DNA of 64,000 bases from Rubrivivax sp. (GTDB taxonomy: Bacteria > Pseudomonadota > Gammaproteobacteria > Burkholderiales > Burkholderiaceae_C), in the NCBI GenBank assembly GCA_027485165.1, contig JAIXRN010000050.1, positions 3,266 to 67,265 on the forward strand, read 5' to 3'. Positions 1 to 9,514 of the stretch are shown piece by piece; position 1 is the first letter of the stretch, and every line of letters begins with the position of its first letter. The position numbers were made by a program, and so were the translations under genes. Below the pieces are notes generated by a model. It was not told where the DNA came from. It saw only the letters and a program-made list of their open reading frames with translations, and did no database searches.

Positions 1-168
1 GCGCGCCACGCCGGCCTGCGCGTGCTGGCGCTGTCGATGATGACGAACATGGCCGCCGGCCTGTCCGACGAGACGCTGAGCCACGCCCACACCATGCACA
101 CCGCGCAGGGCGCTGCAGAGCGCGCGGTGGACCTTTTGTGCAGCGTGTTGGCCAAACTGGAGATCTGA
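1..168 (+). CDS. xapA: Purine nucleoside phosphorylase (PNP/XapA type), 3' end only
   Basis: Frame 1 reads ARHAGLRVLALSMMTNMAAGLSDETLSH...LEI*, matching the C-terminal 'TNxAxG...LSH' motif of trimeric PNPs. Its stop overlaps the next ATG (TGATG at 166-170). Confidence 0.75.
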   Translation, partial: ARHAGLRVLALSMMTNMAAGLSDETLSHAHTMHTAQGAAERAVDLLCSVLAKLEI

Positions 169-1880
169 TGTACCGCACCTGCAGCAGCCGCGTCGCTGGC
201 CCCCGGTGGGGTGACGCCAGCGGCCCCGTGAAGCCGCTTCCACGGCGTCTGCTGGGCTTGGCTTTGGTGCTCGCGCTGGTGGGTTGCAGCAGCACGCCGC
301 CGGCCCCAGCCCCGGCCGACCGTGCGCCGCTGAAGCTGACCATCCTGCACACCAACGACCACCACGGCCGCTTCTGGCCGAACGCCGACGGCGAATACGG
401 CATGGCCGCGCGCAAGACGGTGATCGACCGCATCCGCGCCGAAGTCGCCGCGGCCGGCGGCCACACCCTGCTGCTGGACGGTGGCGACATCAACACCGGC
501 GTACCCGAAAGCGACCTGCAGGACGCAGAGCCCGATTTCCTGGGCATGAACCTGCTGGGCTACGACGCGGCGGCCGTGGGCAACCACGAATTCGACAAGC
601 CGCCGGCTGTGCTGGCCAAGCAGCGCAATTGGGCGAAGTTTGCCTTCCTGTCGGCCAACATCTACCAGGGTGGCCGGCGCATGTTCGAGCCCTACCGCAT
701 CTTTGAACGCAGCGGCTACCGCATCGCGGTGATGGGGCTGACCACCGACGACACCGCACGGCTGGTGCTGCCCGAGAACATCCGCGGCATCGAATTCCGC
801 AAGCCCATCGACGAAGCCGCCGCGCTGGCGCCGCAGCTGCGCGCCCAGGCCGACATGGTGATCGCCGCCACCCACATGGGCCACTACATCGATGGCCGGC
901 GCGGCGTGAATGCCCCGGGCGATGTGGAAATGGCGCGGCAGATCGGCGCAAAGGGGCTGGACCTGATCATCGGCGGCCACAGCCAGAACCCGGTGTGCAT
1001 GCTGGAACAAGGCATCCGCGACACCGCCTACGTGCCGGGCGGCCCGTGCCAGCCCGACCGCCAGAACGGCACCTGGATCGTGCAGGCGCACGAATGGGGC
1101 AAGTACGTGGGCAGGGCCGACTTTGAAGTGCGCCCCGGCGGCCAGGTGCAGCTGCTGAAGTACCAGCTGATCCCCGTGAACCTGATGCGCCGTGGCACCG
1201 GCAACCCGGCAGACGGCACGCGCAGCCCCTACACCGAACGCATCCCCGAAGACCCGGCCATCCGCAGCGTGCTGCAGCCCTTCCAGGACCGCGGCCAGCT
1301 GGCGCTGAACGTGCCGGTGGGCGACCTGCAGGGCATCTTCGACGGCGACCGCGACCGCGTGCGCCGCCAGCCCACCAACCTGGGTCTGCTGATTGCGCGC
1401 GCGATGCTGGAACGCACCGGCGCCGACCTGGCCGTGATGAACAGCGGCGGCATCCGCGATTCATTGCCGGCCGGCCGCATCACTTACCGCGACATCCTGA
1501 AGGTGCAGCCGTTTGCGAACCAGATCGGCGTCGTCCGCCTGTCGGGCACCGAGCTGCTGCAGTGGCTGGCCGCAGCCGCGCGCATGACGCCTGGTGCCGG
1601 TGGCTTTCCACAGACCGCCGGGCTGCAGATGCGCATCGAAGCCGGCCAGCTGAAAGAAGCGCGCGTGCAGGGCCAGCCCATCGACCCGCAGCGCGACTAC
1701 CGCCTGGCCGTCAACAACTTCACCGCCACGGGCGGCGACGGCTACCCGCCCATCGACAAGCACCCGGGCTACATCAACACGGGCTTCAACGACGCCGAGG
1801 TGCTGCGCGACTTCATCGCCCGCCGCAGCCCGGTGAACAGCGCCGACTACGCACCGGGAAACGACATCCAACGCCCATGA
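168..1880 (+). CDS. ushA: 5'-nucleotidase/UDP-sugar hydrolase, probable lipoprotein
   Basis: Metallophosphoesterase motifs HTNDHHG, DGGD, GNHEFD, THMGH and GGHSQ; C-terminal 5'-NT domain (NSGGIR, PFAN, GGDGY); hydrophobic stretch ending in lipobox-like LVGC. The exact start is uncertain. Confidence 0.9.
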   Translation: MYRTCSSRVAGPRWGDASGPVKPLPRRLLGLALVLALVGCSSTPPAPAPADRAPLKLTILHTNDHHGRFWPNADGEYGMAARKTVIDRIRAEVAAAGGHTLLLDGGDINTGVPESDLQDAEPDFLGMNLLGYDAAAVGNHEFDKPPAVLAKQRNWAKFAFLSANIYQGGRRMFEPYRIFERSGYRIAVMGLTTDDTARLVLPENIRGIEFRKPIDEAAALAPQLRAQADMVIAATHMGHYIDGRRGVNAPGDVEMARQIGAKGLDLIIGGHSQNPVCMLEQGIRDTAYVPGGPCQPDRQNGTWIVQAHEWGKYVGRADFEVRPGGQVQLLKYQLIPVNLMRRGTGNPADGTRSPYTERIPEDPAIRSVLQPFQDRGQLALNVPVGDLQGIFDGDRDRVRRQPTNLGLLIARAMLERTGADLAVMNSGGIRDSLPAGRITYRDILKVQPFANQIGVVRLSGTELLQWLAAAARMTPGAGGFPQTAGLQMRIEAGQLKEARVQGQPIDPQRDYRLAVNNFTATGGDGYPPIDKHPGYINTGFNDAEVLRDFIARRSPVNSADYAPGNDIQRP

Positions 1881-2656
1881 CCGCTGCCACCGAAGACCTG
1901 ATGGCGACCGCCCGCACCGCGCTGGCCTGCCTGGACCTGACGAGCCTGAACGACGGCGACACCGCTGCCGACATCGACACGCTGTGCGACAAGGCCATGG
2001 GCCATGGCGCCAGTTCCGGCCGTGGCGCCGTGGCCGCGGTCTGCGTGTGGCCGCGCTTCGTGGCGCAGGCGCGGGCGCGGCTGCCGCGGGCCATCGCCGT
2101 GGCCGCGGTGGCCAACTTCCCGGACGGCAGCAGCGACATCGCCCGCGCCGTGGCTGACACCCGGGCCATCGTGCAGGCCGGTGGCGACGAGGTCGACGTC
2201 GTCATCCCGTACCGCGACCTGGCCAGCGCACCCGCGCTGCTGGCCGCCGTGCGCGCGGCTTGCCCGCAGCAGCGGCTGAAGGTGATCCTGGAAACCGGCG
2301 AATTGCAAGACGCTGCACTCATCACCCGCGCCTGCCAGATCGCGCTGGACGCGGGGGCTGACTTCCTGAAGACCAGCACCGGCAAGGTGAAGGTGAATGC
2401 CACGCCGGCGGCGGCCGAACTGCTGCTGCAGGCCATCGCCAGCGACCCCCAGGCCGCCGCGCGCGTGGGCTTCAAGCCTGCCGGCGGCGTGCGCACCGTG
2501 GCCGATGCCGCGCTGTACCTGGCGCTGACAGCCCGCCACCTGGGCCCGGCAGCCGTGCAGCCACAACGTCTGCGCATTGGTGCCAGCGGACTGCTGGCCG
2601 ACATTGAAGCCGTGCTGGCCGGCGCCGCGCGCCCCGCGGCGGGCGCCAGCTACTAG
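1877..2656 (+). CDS. deoC: Deoxyribose-phosphate aldolase
   Basis: LDLTSL, AVCVWP, ANFP, DEVDVV, LKVILETGEL, FLKTSTGK, GFKPAGG and RIGAS motifs; ATGA overlap with ushA. Confidence 0.95.
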   Translation: MTAATEDLMATARTALACLDLTSLNDGDTAADIDTLCDKAMGHGASSGRGAVAAVCVWPRFVAQARARLPRAIAVAAVANFPDGSSDIARAVADTRAIVQAGGDEVDVVIPYRDLASAPALLAAVRAACPQQRLKVILETGELQDAALITRACQIALDAGADFLKTSTGKVKVNATPAAAELLLQAIASDPQAAARVGFKPAGGVRTVADAALYLALTARHLGPAAVQPQRLRIGASGLLADIEAVLAGAARPAAGASY

Positions 2657-2723
2657 CCTTGCGGCCTGCACCAGCGCCTGGCCCCGCCGCACCTTCTGCC
2701 CACCTGCTACCCACCCGCTGCCC

Positions 2724-4052
2724 ATGAACCTGCACCGCCCCTCGATGTCGTTCAGCCCCTGGTGGCCTGCGCTGCCGGCCCGCATGGCCGCTGCCGCGCT
2801 GCTGCTGGCCTGCACCGGCCATGCCCTGGGGCAAGCCGCGGCCCCGGCCCCGGCCCCCGTGGCGGTGGGTGTGGCCGCCTTCAACCTGGCCTGGGCTGGC
2901 ACGATGGAAGACTTCCAGCGCCATCTGCAGGTCTGCAGCGCGCCGAAGGTCAACTGGTGCGACACGCGCGCCCGCTGGGCCCCCGGCACCACCACCGCAC
3001 CGCCAGAAGAAGTGGCGCGCGCCGAAGCCTGCCAGGCCGCCACCATCGAAGCCGCCGGCGGGCGCGACGCGTCGATGCAAGTGGTGCCCTGCAATGCCTA
3101 CCGCAGCAGCCAGCCGCGGGTTGCTGGCGCCCCCGCGCCCGACCCCAGCGGGGTGCGCAAGCCCGAGGCCTACCAAGAAAAGCTCGACGGCCTGCGCGCC
3201 ACCGTCGAAGCCCTGGTGGACCGGGACCAGGTGCGCGTCATCGCCTTCCAGGAAGTGCGCTCGGCCGATGCGGTGCGCGTGGTGCTGGGCCGGCATGCCG
3301 CGCGCTTCGATGTCTGCGCAGCGCAGCACGGTGGCTTCCAGTCGCTGGCCTTTGCCTGGGACAAGGCGCTGTCGCCCAGCCTTGGCCGCTGCACCACGCA
3401 CGCCCCGCTGGCGGTGCTGGACCCGCCGGGCGACCCCGCCGCCTTCCGCCGCGTGCGCCCCGGGCTGGCCCTGCAGCTGGTCATCAACGGCGAACCCGTC
3501 ACCTTCATGAACGTGCACCTGAAGGCCGGCTGCGCCAGCGCGACCAACAGCAACCCGCGCTTCCCGGCCCGGCTGCTGACGGATGCCGCCGAAGCCTGCG
3601 AGACCTTCAACCGCCAGGTGCCGCTGCTCGAGGCCTGGATCGACGCCGTGGCAGCGCAGTCGCCACGCTTCGTGGTGCTGGGCGACTTCAACCGCCGCAT
3701 CGACGAAGAGCTGGCGCTGGCCATCCCGCGCGACCAGGTGCGCAGCAACGGCAGCAACCCCGCCGGCCCGCCCAGCCCGGGCGCCGATGGCCGCGTGCCC
3801 ACGCGCTACCTGTGGCCCGAGCTGGCCGATGGATCGCGCGCGCTGCACCTGCTGCCGCTCAAAGGCAGCGACGCGGGCTGCACCGGCTTCGTGGGCCTGG
3901 ACCACATCGTCGTCAGCGGCCGCCTGCAGGCCCTGCTGGACGCGGCCGGCATGGCCAGCACCGGCGCGCGCAAGGCGGCGGTGGTGAACCGGCCGGGCCA
4001 GCTGATCGAGAGCAGCGACCACTGCCCGCAGGTCGGGCGGCTGCTGTTCTGA
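2724..4052 (+). CDS. Secreted endonuclease/exonuclease/phosphatase (EEP) family protein
   Basis: N-terminal signal-like segment; EEP catalytic motifs FNLAW, FQEV, NVHLK, LGDFN, LDHI and SDHCP all present. Confidence 0.8.
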   Translation: MNLHRPSMSFSPWWPALPARMAAAALLLACTGHALGQAAAPAPAPVAVGVAAFNLAWAGTMEDFQRHLQVCSAPKVNWCDTRARWAPGTTTAPPEEVARAEACQAATIEAAGGRDASMQVVPCNAYRSSQPRVAGAPAPDPSGVRKPEAYQEKLDGLRATVEALVDRDQVRVIAFQEVRSADAVRVVLGRHAARFDVCAAQHGGFQSLAFAWDKALSPSLGRCTTHAPLAVLDPPGDPAAFRRVRPGLALQLVINGEPVTFMNVHLKAGCASATNSNPRFPARLLTDAAEACETFNRQVPLLEAWIDAVAAQSPRFVVLGDFNRRIDEELALAIPRDQVRSNGSNPAGPPSPGADGRVPTRYLWPELADGSRALHLLPLKGSDAGCTGFVGLDHIVVSGRLQALLDAAGMASTGARKAAVVNRPGQLIESSDHCPQVGRLLF

Positions 4053-4091
4053 AGCCCTGCGCAGCGGCTGACCCACAGCATCCCGCAAGGC

Positions 4092-5546
4092 ATGGGCCCT
4101 GATCTGCTGGCCAGCGAGATCATCCGCGCCAAGCGCGACGGCCGGCCGCTCACGCGGGCGCAGATCGACGCCTTCGTGCACGGCCTGGCAGCCCCCGAAG
4201 GCGCGCCCGGCCGCTGGGCCGACAGCCAGGCCGGTGCGATGGCCATGGCCATCGTGCTGCGCGGCATGTCGGCGCGGGAAACCGCCGACCTGGCCGACGC
4301 GATGACGCATTCGGGCCGCGTGCTGGACTGGTCGGCACAGACCGGCTCAGGCCTGCACGGCGTGGCACAGGCTGGTACGGGCCTGCACGGCGTGGCACAG
4401 ACTGGTTCGGGCCTGCACGGCGTGGCACAGGCTGGTTCGGGCCTGCACGGCCCGGTGCTGGACAAGCACAGCACCGGCGGCGTGGGCGACAAGGTGAGCC
4501 TGATGCTGGCCCCCATGCTGGCGGCCTGCGGCGCCGTGGTACCGATGATCAGCGGCCGCGGCCTGGGCCACTCCGGCGGCACGCTGGACAAGCTGGAAGC
4601 CCTGCCCGGCTATGGCGTGAACCCGCCGCAGGCGCAGCTGCTGCAGGTGCTGCGCACGGCAGGATGCGCCATCGTCGGCGCCAGCAGCGACCTGGCCCCG
4701 GCCGACCGGCGGCTCTACGCCATCCGCGACGTCACGGCCACGGTGGAAAGCGTGCCGCTGATCACCGCCAGCATCCTGAGCAAGAAGCGCGCGGCCGGCC
4801 TGCAGGCCCTGGTGATGGACGTGAAGACCGGCAGCGGCGCCTTTGCCGCCAACCTGCCTGAAGCCCAGGCCCTGGCGCACAGCCTGGTGCAGGTGGCCAC
4901 GGCCGCCGGCCTGCCCACCGTGGCCCTGGTCAGCGACATGAACCAGGTGCTGGGCAGCAGCGCCGGCAATGCGCTGGAAATGGCCGAGGCCATCGACTTC
5001 CTCACCGGCCAAGGCCCGCGCGATGCACGGCTGCTGGCGCTGACGCTGGCCCTGGGCGCCGAGCTGCTGCTGCTGGGCGGCCTGCAGCCCAGCCTGGCTG
5101 CGGCGCAAGCCGTCTTGCAGCACAGCCTGGACAGCGGTGCCGCCGCCGAGCGCTTCGCGCGCATGGTGGCCGCCCTGGGCGGCCCGGCCGACGTGCTGCG
5201 CGCACCTGGCCTGGGCAGCGCGCCGGTGCAGTGCCCGGCGCCCGCGCCCCGCGCAGGCTGGGTCGCGGCCATCGACGTGCGCGCGCTGGGCCTGGCCGTG
5301 GTGGCCCTGGGCGGCGGGCGCGCGCACCCGGCCGACAGCGTCGACCCGCGCGTGGGCCTGGCGGCGGCGCTGCCGCTGGGGCAGCAGGTGGCGGCCGGCG
5401 AGCCCCTGGCCGTTGTGCACGCCGCCAGCCTGGCCAGCGCGCAAGCCGCCGTGGCCGCTGTGCAGGCCGCCTACACACTGGCTGAAGCCAAGGCGGCGGA
5501 CGCCTACGTGGCGCCAGTCGTGCTGCAGCGCATTGCGGCCGGCTGA
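4092..5546 (+). CDS. deoA: Thymidine phosphorylase with an internal tandem-repeat insertion
   Basis: EIIRAKRDG, DKHSTGGVGD, PMISGRGLGHSGGTLDKLE, LYAIRDVTATVES, SILSKK and DVKTGSGAF motifs. Confidence 0.93.
   Translation: MGPDLLASEIIRAKRDGRPLTRAQIDAFVHGLAAPEGAPGRWADSQAGAMAMAIVLRGMSARETADLADAMTHSGRVLDWSAQTGSGLHGVAQAGTGLHGVAQTGSGLHGVAQAGSGLHGPVLDKHSTGGVGDKVSLMLAPMLAACGAVVPMISGRGLGHSGGTLDKLEALPGYGVNPPQAQLLQVLRTAGCAIVGASSDLAPADRRLYAIRDVTATVESVPLITASILSKKRAAGLQALVMDVKTGSGAFAANLPEAQALAHSLVQVATAAGLPTVALVSDMNQVLGSSAGNALEMAEAIDFLTGQGPRDARLLALTLALGAELLLLGGLQPSLAAAQAVLQHSLDSGAAAERFARMVAALGGPADVLRAPGLGSAPVQCPAPAPRAGWVAAIDVRALGLAVVALGGGRAHPADSVDPRVGLAAALPLGQQVAAGEPLAVVHAASLASAQAAVAAVQAAYTLAEAKAADAYVAPVVLQRIAAG
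4334..4450 (+). repeat. About four in-frame 30-bp tandem repeats (AQ[T/A]G[S/T]GLHG[V/P]) inside deoA
   Basis: Unit GGCACAG-(ACCGGCTCAG/GCTGGTACGG/ACTGGTTCGG/GCTGGTTCGG)-GCCTGCACGG-CGT, with period exactly 30 nt. Confidence 0.97.
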
Positions 5547-5627
5547 AGCGCCCCCCACACTGCAGGTGCAGGCCGCGCAGGGCGGTTGGCTACCATCTCC
5601 GATTCTTTGACCTTACCCACCCCGACC

Positions 5628-7880
5628 ATGAAGACTCAGCCCAGCCGCCGCCAAATCCTCAGCCTGTCTGCCGCGCCTGCGCTGTCTGCCCTGGCGTCGG
5701 CAAGCCCGCTGGCACTGTTGCCTTCGGCGGCACAGGCAGCGAAGGCTGAAAAGGCCCCGGCTACCAGCGCCGCACCGTTGCCGGTGGCACCGGTGCGCAA
5801 CGTGCCCGAGACCTTCTTCGGCACGGTGGTGGAAGACCCCTACCGCGACTTCGAAGACACCAAGGCCCCGGCCGTGGCGGCCTGGATGCAGGCGCACAGC
5901 GACCACGCCCACGCCACGCTCAAGCGCATCGCTGGCCGCGACAAGCTGCGTGCGCTGCTCGAGACCTACGACAGCGCAGCTTCGGCCCGCGTCTTTGGCG
6001 TACAGCGCCTACCAGGCGACCTGTACTTCTTCCAGCGCCGCAGCGCCACCGAAGACCAGTTCAAGCTGTACATGAAGCGTGGCCTGCAAGGCCAGGACCA
6101 GCTGCTCTTCGACCCCGAAACCCTGAAGCAGCAGACGGGCAAGCCGCACGCCATCAACTTCTACAGCCCGTCGCCCGACGGCAAGCTGGTGGCAGTGGGC
6201 GTCTCGGCCGCAGGTTCGGAAAACGCGGCCATGCGCATCATCGACACCGCCACCGGCCAGCAGCGCGGGCCAGAAATCTCGCGCACGCGCTTCGGCCTGG
6301 TGACCTGGACGCCCGACAGCAGCGAGATCTACATCCACCGCCTGCAGGCCCTGCCTGCGGGCGCCCCGCCCACCGACACCTACCAGCGCAGCAGCATGGT
6401 GGTGATGCCGCCGGGCGGCGACGAGGCCAGCATCCGCACGGTGCTGACCGCCGGCACCGACCTGGGCATCCCGGCCACCGAGTTCCCGCTGATGGAAGTG
6501 CTGCCCGACGGCCGCGTGATCGCCAGTGCGGTCGACGGCGTCTCGCCCGACTTCGCAGCCTGGCACACCACGCTGGCCGCGCTGCGCAGCGGCAAGCCCG
6601 ACTGGCGACCGCTGGTGACGCGCGCCGACGGCGTCACCGGCCTGGTGGTGCAGGGCCAGCGCGTGTATGCGCTCAGCTTCAAGGGCACGCCGCGCCTGCA
6701 GCTGCTGACGGGCGCGCTGGAAGGCTTCAGCATGGCCACCGCGCGCGTGCTGGTGGCCGAAAGCAGCCGCGTGCTGATGGGCCTGGCCGCGGCCAAGGAC
6801 GGGCTGTACCTGCGCGCCCGCGACGGCAACGTGCAGCGCCTGTTCAAGCTGGCCTACGCCGACGACGCCAAGCCCCTGGAAGTGCCGCTGCCGGTGCTGG
6901 GCAGCGTGGCCTTCAGCAGCGCGCAGCCCGACCAGGACGGCCTGCTGCTGGACCTGCAGAGCTGGACGCGTGCGCGCCAGATCTACGCCCTGGGCGCCGA
7001 CGGCAAGGTCAGCAACACCGGCCTGCAGCCCGCTGGCCGCTTCGACACCCCGGCCGACGTGCAGGCCAGCGAAGTCATGGTCAAGAGCCACGACGGCGTG
7101 ATGGTGCCGATGTCCATCATCCACCGCCGCGGCGTGAAGCTGGACGGCCGCAACCCCACGCTGCTGTACGGCTACGCCAGCTACGGCATCACCGAAGAGC
7201 CCGTCTTCAGCCCCAGCCGCCTGGCCTGGCTGGACCAGGGCGGCGTGTTCGCGGTGGCCAACCCACGCGGCAGCAGCGTGTTCGGCCGCCAGTGGCACCA
7301 GGACGGCAAGCAGGCCACCAAGCCCAACACCTGGCGCGACTTCATCGCTTGCGCCGAGTACCTGATCGCCAACAAGTGGACGCAGCCGGCCAAGCTGGGC
7401 ATCTGGGGCGGCAGCGCGGGCGGCATCCTGGTGGGCCGGGCCATGACGGAAAGGCCTGAGTTGTTTGCCGCCGTGGTGCCCGAAGTCGGCAGCCTGGACA
7501 TGGTGCGCATGGAAACCACGCCCAACGGCGTGCCCAACATCCCCGAATTCGGCAGCCGCAAGACCGAAGCGGGCTTCCGCGCGCTGCTGGCGATGAGCAC
7601 TTACCACCAGATCAACGACGGCGTGGCCTACCCCGCCGTGATGCTGACGCACGGCGTGAACGACCCGCGCGTGGAGGTGTGGAACAGCACCAAGACGGCG
7701 GCCCGGCTGTTGGCGGCCCAGCCCGCCAGCCGGAAAGCACGGCCCGTGCTGCTGCGGCTGGACTACGCGTCGGGCCACGGCATCGGCAGCACCAAGAGCC
7801 AGGCCCTGGACAGCCGGGCCGATACCTTCGCCTTCCTGCTGTGGCGTATGGGGGTGAAGGGCTTCGAGCTCAAGGGCTGA
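5628..7880 (+). CDS. Prolyl oligopeptidase (S9A), Tat-type signal
   Basis: SRRQIL twin-arginine-like motif; EDPYR at the N-terminus; GGSAGG nucleophile, HGVNDPRV (Asp) and GHG (His). Confidence 0.9.
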   Translation: MKTQPSRRQILSLSAAPALSALASASPLALLPSAAQAAKAEKAPATSAAPLPVAPVRNVPETFFGTVVEDPYRDFEDTKAPAVAAWMQAHSDHAHATLKRIAGRDKLRALLETYDSAASARVFGVQRLPGDLYFFQRRSATEDQFKLYMKRGLQGQDQLLFDPETLKQQTGKPHAINFYSPSPDGKLVAVGVSAAGSENAAMRIIDTATGQQRGPEISRTRFGLVTWTPDSSEIYIHRLQALPAGAPPTDTYQRSSMVVMPPGGDEASIRTVLTAGTDLGIPATEFPLMEVLPDGRVIASAVDGVSPDFAAWHTTLAALRSGKPDWRPLVTRADGVTGLVVQGQRVYALSFKGTPRLQLLTGALEGFSMATARVLVAESSRVLMGLAAAKDGLYLRARDGNVQRLFKLAYADDAKPLEVPLPVLGSVAFSSAQPDQDGLLLDLQSWTRARQIYALGADGKVSNTGLQPAGRFDTPADVQASEVMVKSHDGVMVPMSIIHRRGVKLDGRNPTLLYGYASYGITEEPVFSPSRLAWLDQGGVFAVANPRGSSVFGRQWHQDGKQATKPNTWRDFIACAEYLIANKWTQPAKLGIWGGSAGGILVGRAMTERPELFAAVVPEVGSLDMVRMETTPNGVPNIPEFGSRKTEAGFRALLAMSTYHQINDGVAYPAVMLTHGVNDPRVEVWNSTKTAARLLAAQPASRKARPVLLRLDYASGHGIGSTKSQALDSRADTFAFLLWRMGVKGFELKG

Positions 7881-7904
7881 AGTGCTGGCGCATTGAAACG
7901 CTGA

Positions 7905-8402
7905 ATGGCTGACGCGCCCATCGGCACGGCGGGCGCGGTACTGCGACAGGCCACGCGCGCCGACATCCCCGGCATTTGGGACGTGCGCTACGCGGTGCAG
8001 GAAAACACGCTGCGCCGGGGCGTCATCCACGACGAAGACGTGCGCGCGGCGATCGAGGACATCGGCCGCGGCTGGGTGGTGGCTGAAAGCGCCGAACCCG
8101 GCGCCCGCGTGCTGGCCTTCGCCATCGGGGTGATGGAACCGCCGCAACCGGTGGGCAAGGTGTGGGCGCTGTTCGTCCACCCCGACGCGCAGGGCCGTGG
8201 CTACGGCCATGCCCTGCACGACGTGATGCTGGCCTGGCTGCTGCTGCAGGGCGCGCAGCGGCTGTGGCTGGGCACGGGCCCTGGCACGCAGGCGTTGGGT
8301 TTCTACCTGCGGCGTGGCTGGCAGCTGAGCGCGACGCCGGCCGCGCCGGGGGAGGAAGACCTGGAACTCGAGTGGCCGGTGCTGGCGCCCGGCGGGGGCT
8401 GA
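7905..8402 (+). CDS. GNAT family N-acetyltransferase
   Basis: ALFVHPDAQGRGYG acetyl-CoA-binding motif and FYLRRGW motif B. Confidence 0.85.
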   Translation: MADAPIGTAGAVLRQATRADIPGIWDVRYAVQENTLRRGVIHDEDVRAAIEDIGRGWVVAESAEPGARVLAFAIGVMEPPQPVGKVWALFVHPDAQGRGYGHALHDVMLAWLLLQGAQRLWLGTGPGTQALGFYLRRGWQLSATPAAPGEEDLELEWPVLAPGGG

Positions 8403-8434
8403 AGCCGGCCCTGGCTGCGGGTTTGTTCCGAAGA

Positions 8435-8481
8435 CCGGAACCGGTTCCGGCTATCAGAATACCCAACCAAAACCGGTTTTG
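8435..8481. promoter_or_regulatory. Two LacI-type operator palindromes: CCGGAACCGGTTCCGG (8435-8450) and CAAAACCGGTTTTG (8468-8481)
   Basis: Both are perfect palindromes sharing an AACCGGTT core with central CG, directly upstream of a LacI gene; GGAG RBS near 8486. Confidence 0.8.
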
Positions 8482-8494
8482 AACTGGAGCTGTC

Positions 8495-9514
8495 GTGTCC
8501 ATTCGCAAGCTTGCCCAGTCCCTGGGCCTGTCGGTTTCCACCGTCTCGCGGGCCTTGAACGGCTACGCCGATGTCAACGCGGGCACGCGTGAACGGGTGG
8601 AACAAGCCGCGCGCGAGATCGGCTATCGCCCGCACCCCGTGGCGCGCCGGCTGGCCACTGGCCGCACCGGCGCGGTGGCGCTGATCTCGCCCGTGCTGGG
8701 CCCCAGCCGCTTCGACACCAGCTTTCCGCAGCTGATGCACGGCGTCACCAGCGGCCTGCAGGACGCCGGCTACTACCTGCTGTCGATGGCACTGCCTTCC
8801 GACGAAGGCGAACTGCCCGGCCTGCAGCGCCTGCTGGACGCCGGCGTGGTGGACGGCCTGATCCTCACCCGCACCCGCCCGCGCGACGCCCGCGTGGCGC
8901 TGCTGCAGGCGCGTGGCCTGCCCTTCGTCACCCACGGCCGCACCCTGCACAACGACCCCCACGCCTGGGTCGACACCGACAACGAACGCGCGATGCGCCT
9001 GGCCGTGGGCCGGCTGGTGACGCTGGGCCACCGCCGCATCGCCATGATCAACGGCCCCGGCGAGCTCACCTTCGCGCTGCTGCGGCGCGAAGGCTTCACC
9101 CAGGGCGTGGCCGCCGCCGGGCTGAATGGCGCGCATTGCCCCGTGGTGCACAGCGAACTGACCGCCGCCGCCGCGCACGCCGTGGCCATCGACCTGCTGC
9201 ACCCGGCCGACCGCGCGCTGCGCCCCACCGCCATCGTCTGCGCCAACGACGTGCTGGCGCTGGGGGCGGCCATGGCCTGCCGGCAAAGCGGGCTGCGCGT
9301 GGGCAAGGACATCTCGCTCACCGGTTACGGCAATTCCGAATCGGCCGAATTCAGCGACCCGCCGCTGACCACCGTCGACCACCAGGTGTTTGAAAGCGGC
9401 CGGCACCTGGCCGCACTGCTGATGCGGCGCATGGCCGGCGAAGCCCCGGAAGGCCTGCACGAACTGGAACCCGTGCGCCTGCTGGAACGCGCTTCCACCG
9501 CGCCGCCACCGTGA
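8495..9514 (+). CDS. LacI family transcriptional regulator
   Basis: SIRKLAQSLGLSVSTVSRALN HTH, IGYRPH hinge, periplasmic-binding-like C-terminal domain ending PPLTTV. Confidence 0.95.
   Translation: MSIRKLAQSLGLSVSTVSRALNGYADVNAGTRERVEQAAREIGYRPHPVARRLATGRTGAVALISPVLGPSRFDTSFPQLMHGVTSGLQDAGYYLLSMALPSDEGELPGLQRLLDAGVVDGLILTRTRPRDARVALLQARGLPFVTHGRTLHNDPHAWVDTDNERAMRLAVGRLVTLGHRRIAMINGPGELTFALLRREGFTQGVAAAGLNGAHCPVVHSELTAAAAHAVAIDLLHPADRALRPTAIVCANDVLALGAAMACRQSGLRVGKDISLTGYGNSESAEFSDPPLTTVDHQVFESGRHLAALLMRRMAGEAPEGLHELEPVRLLERASTAPPP

Noticed and set aside
4334-4450. 30-bp repeats as a possible CRISPR array
   Set aside because: The units are contiguous with no unique spacers, lie in frame inside deoA, and no cas genes are present.
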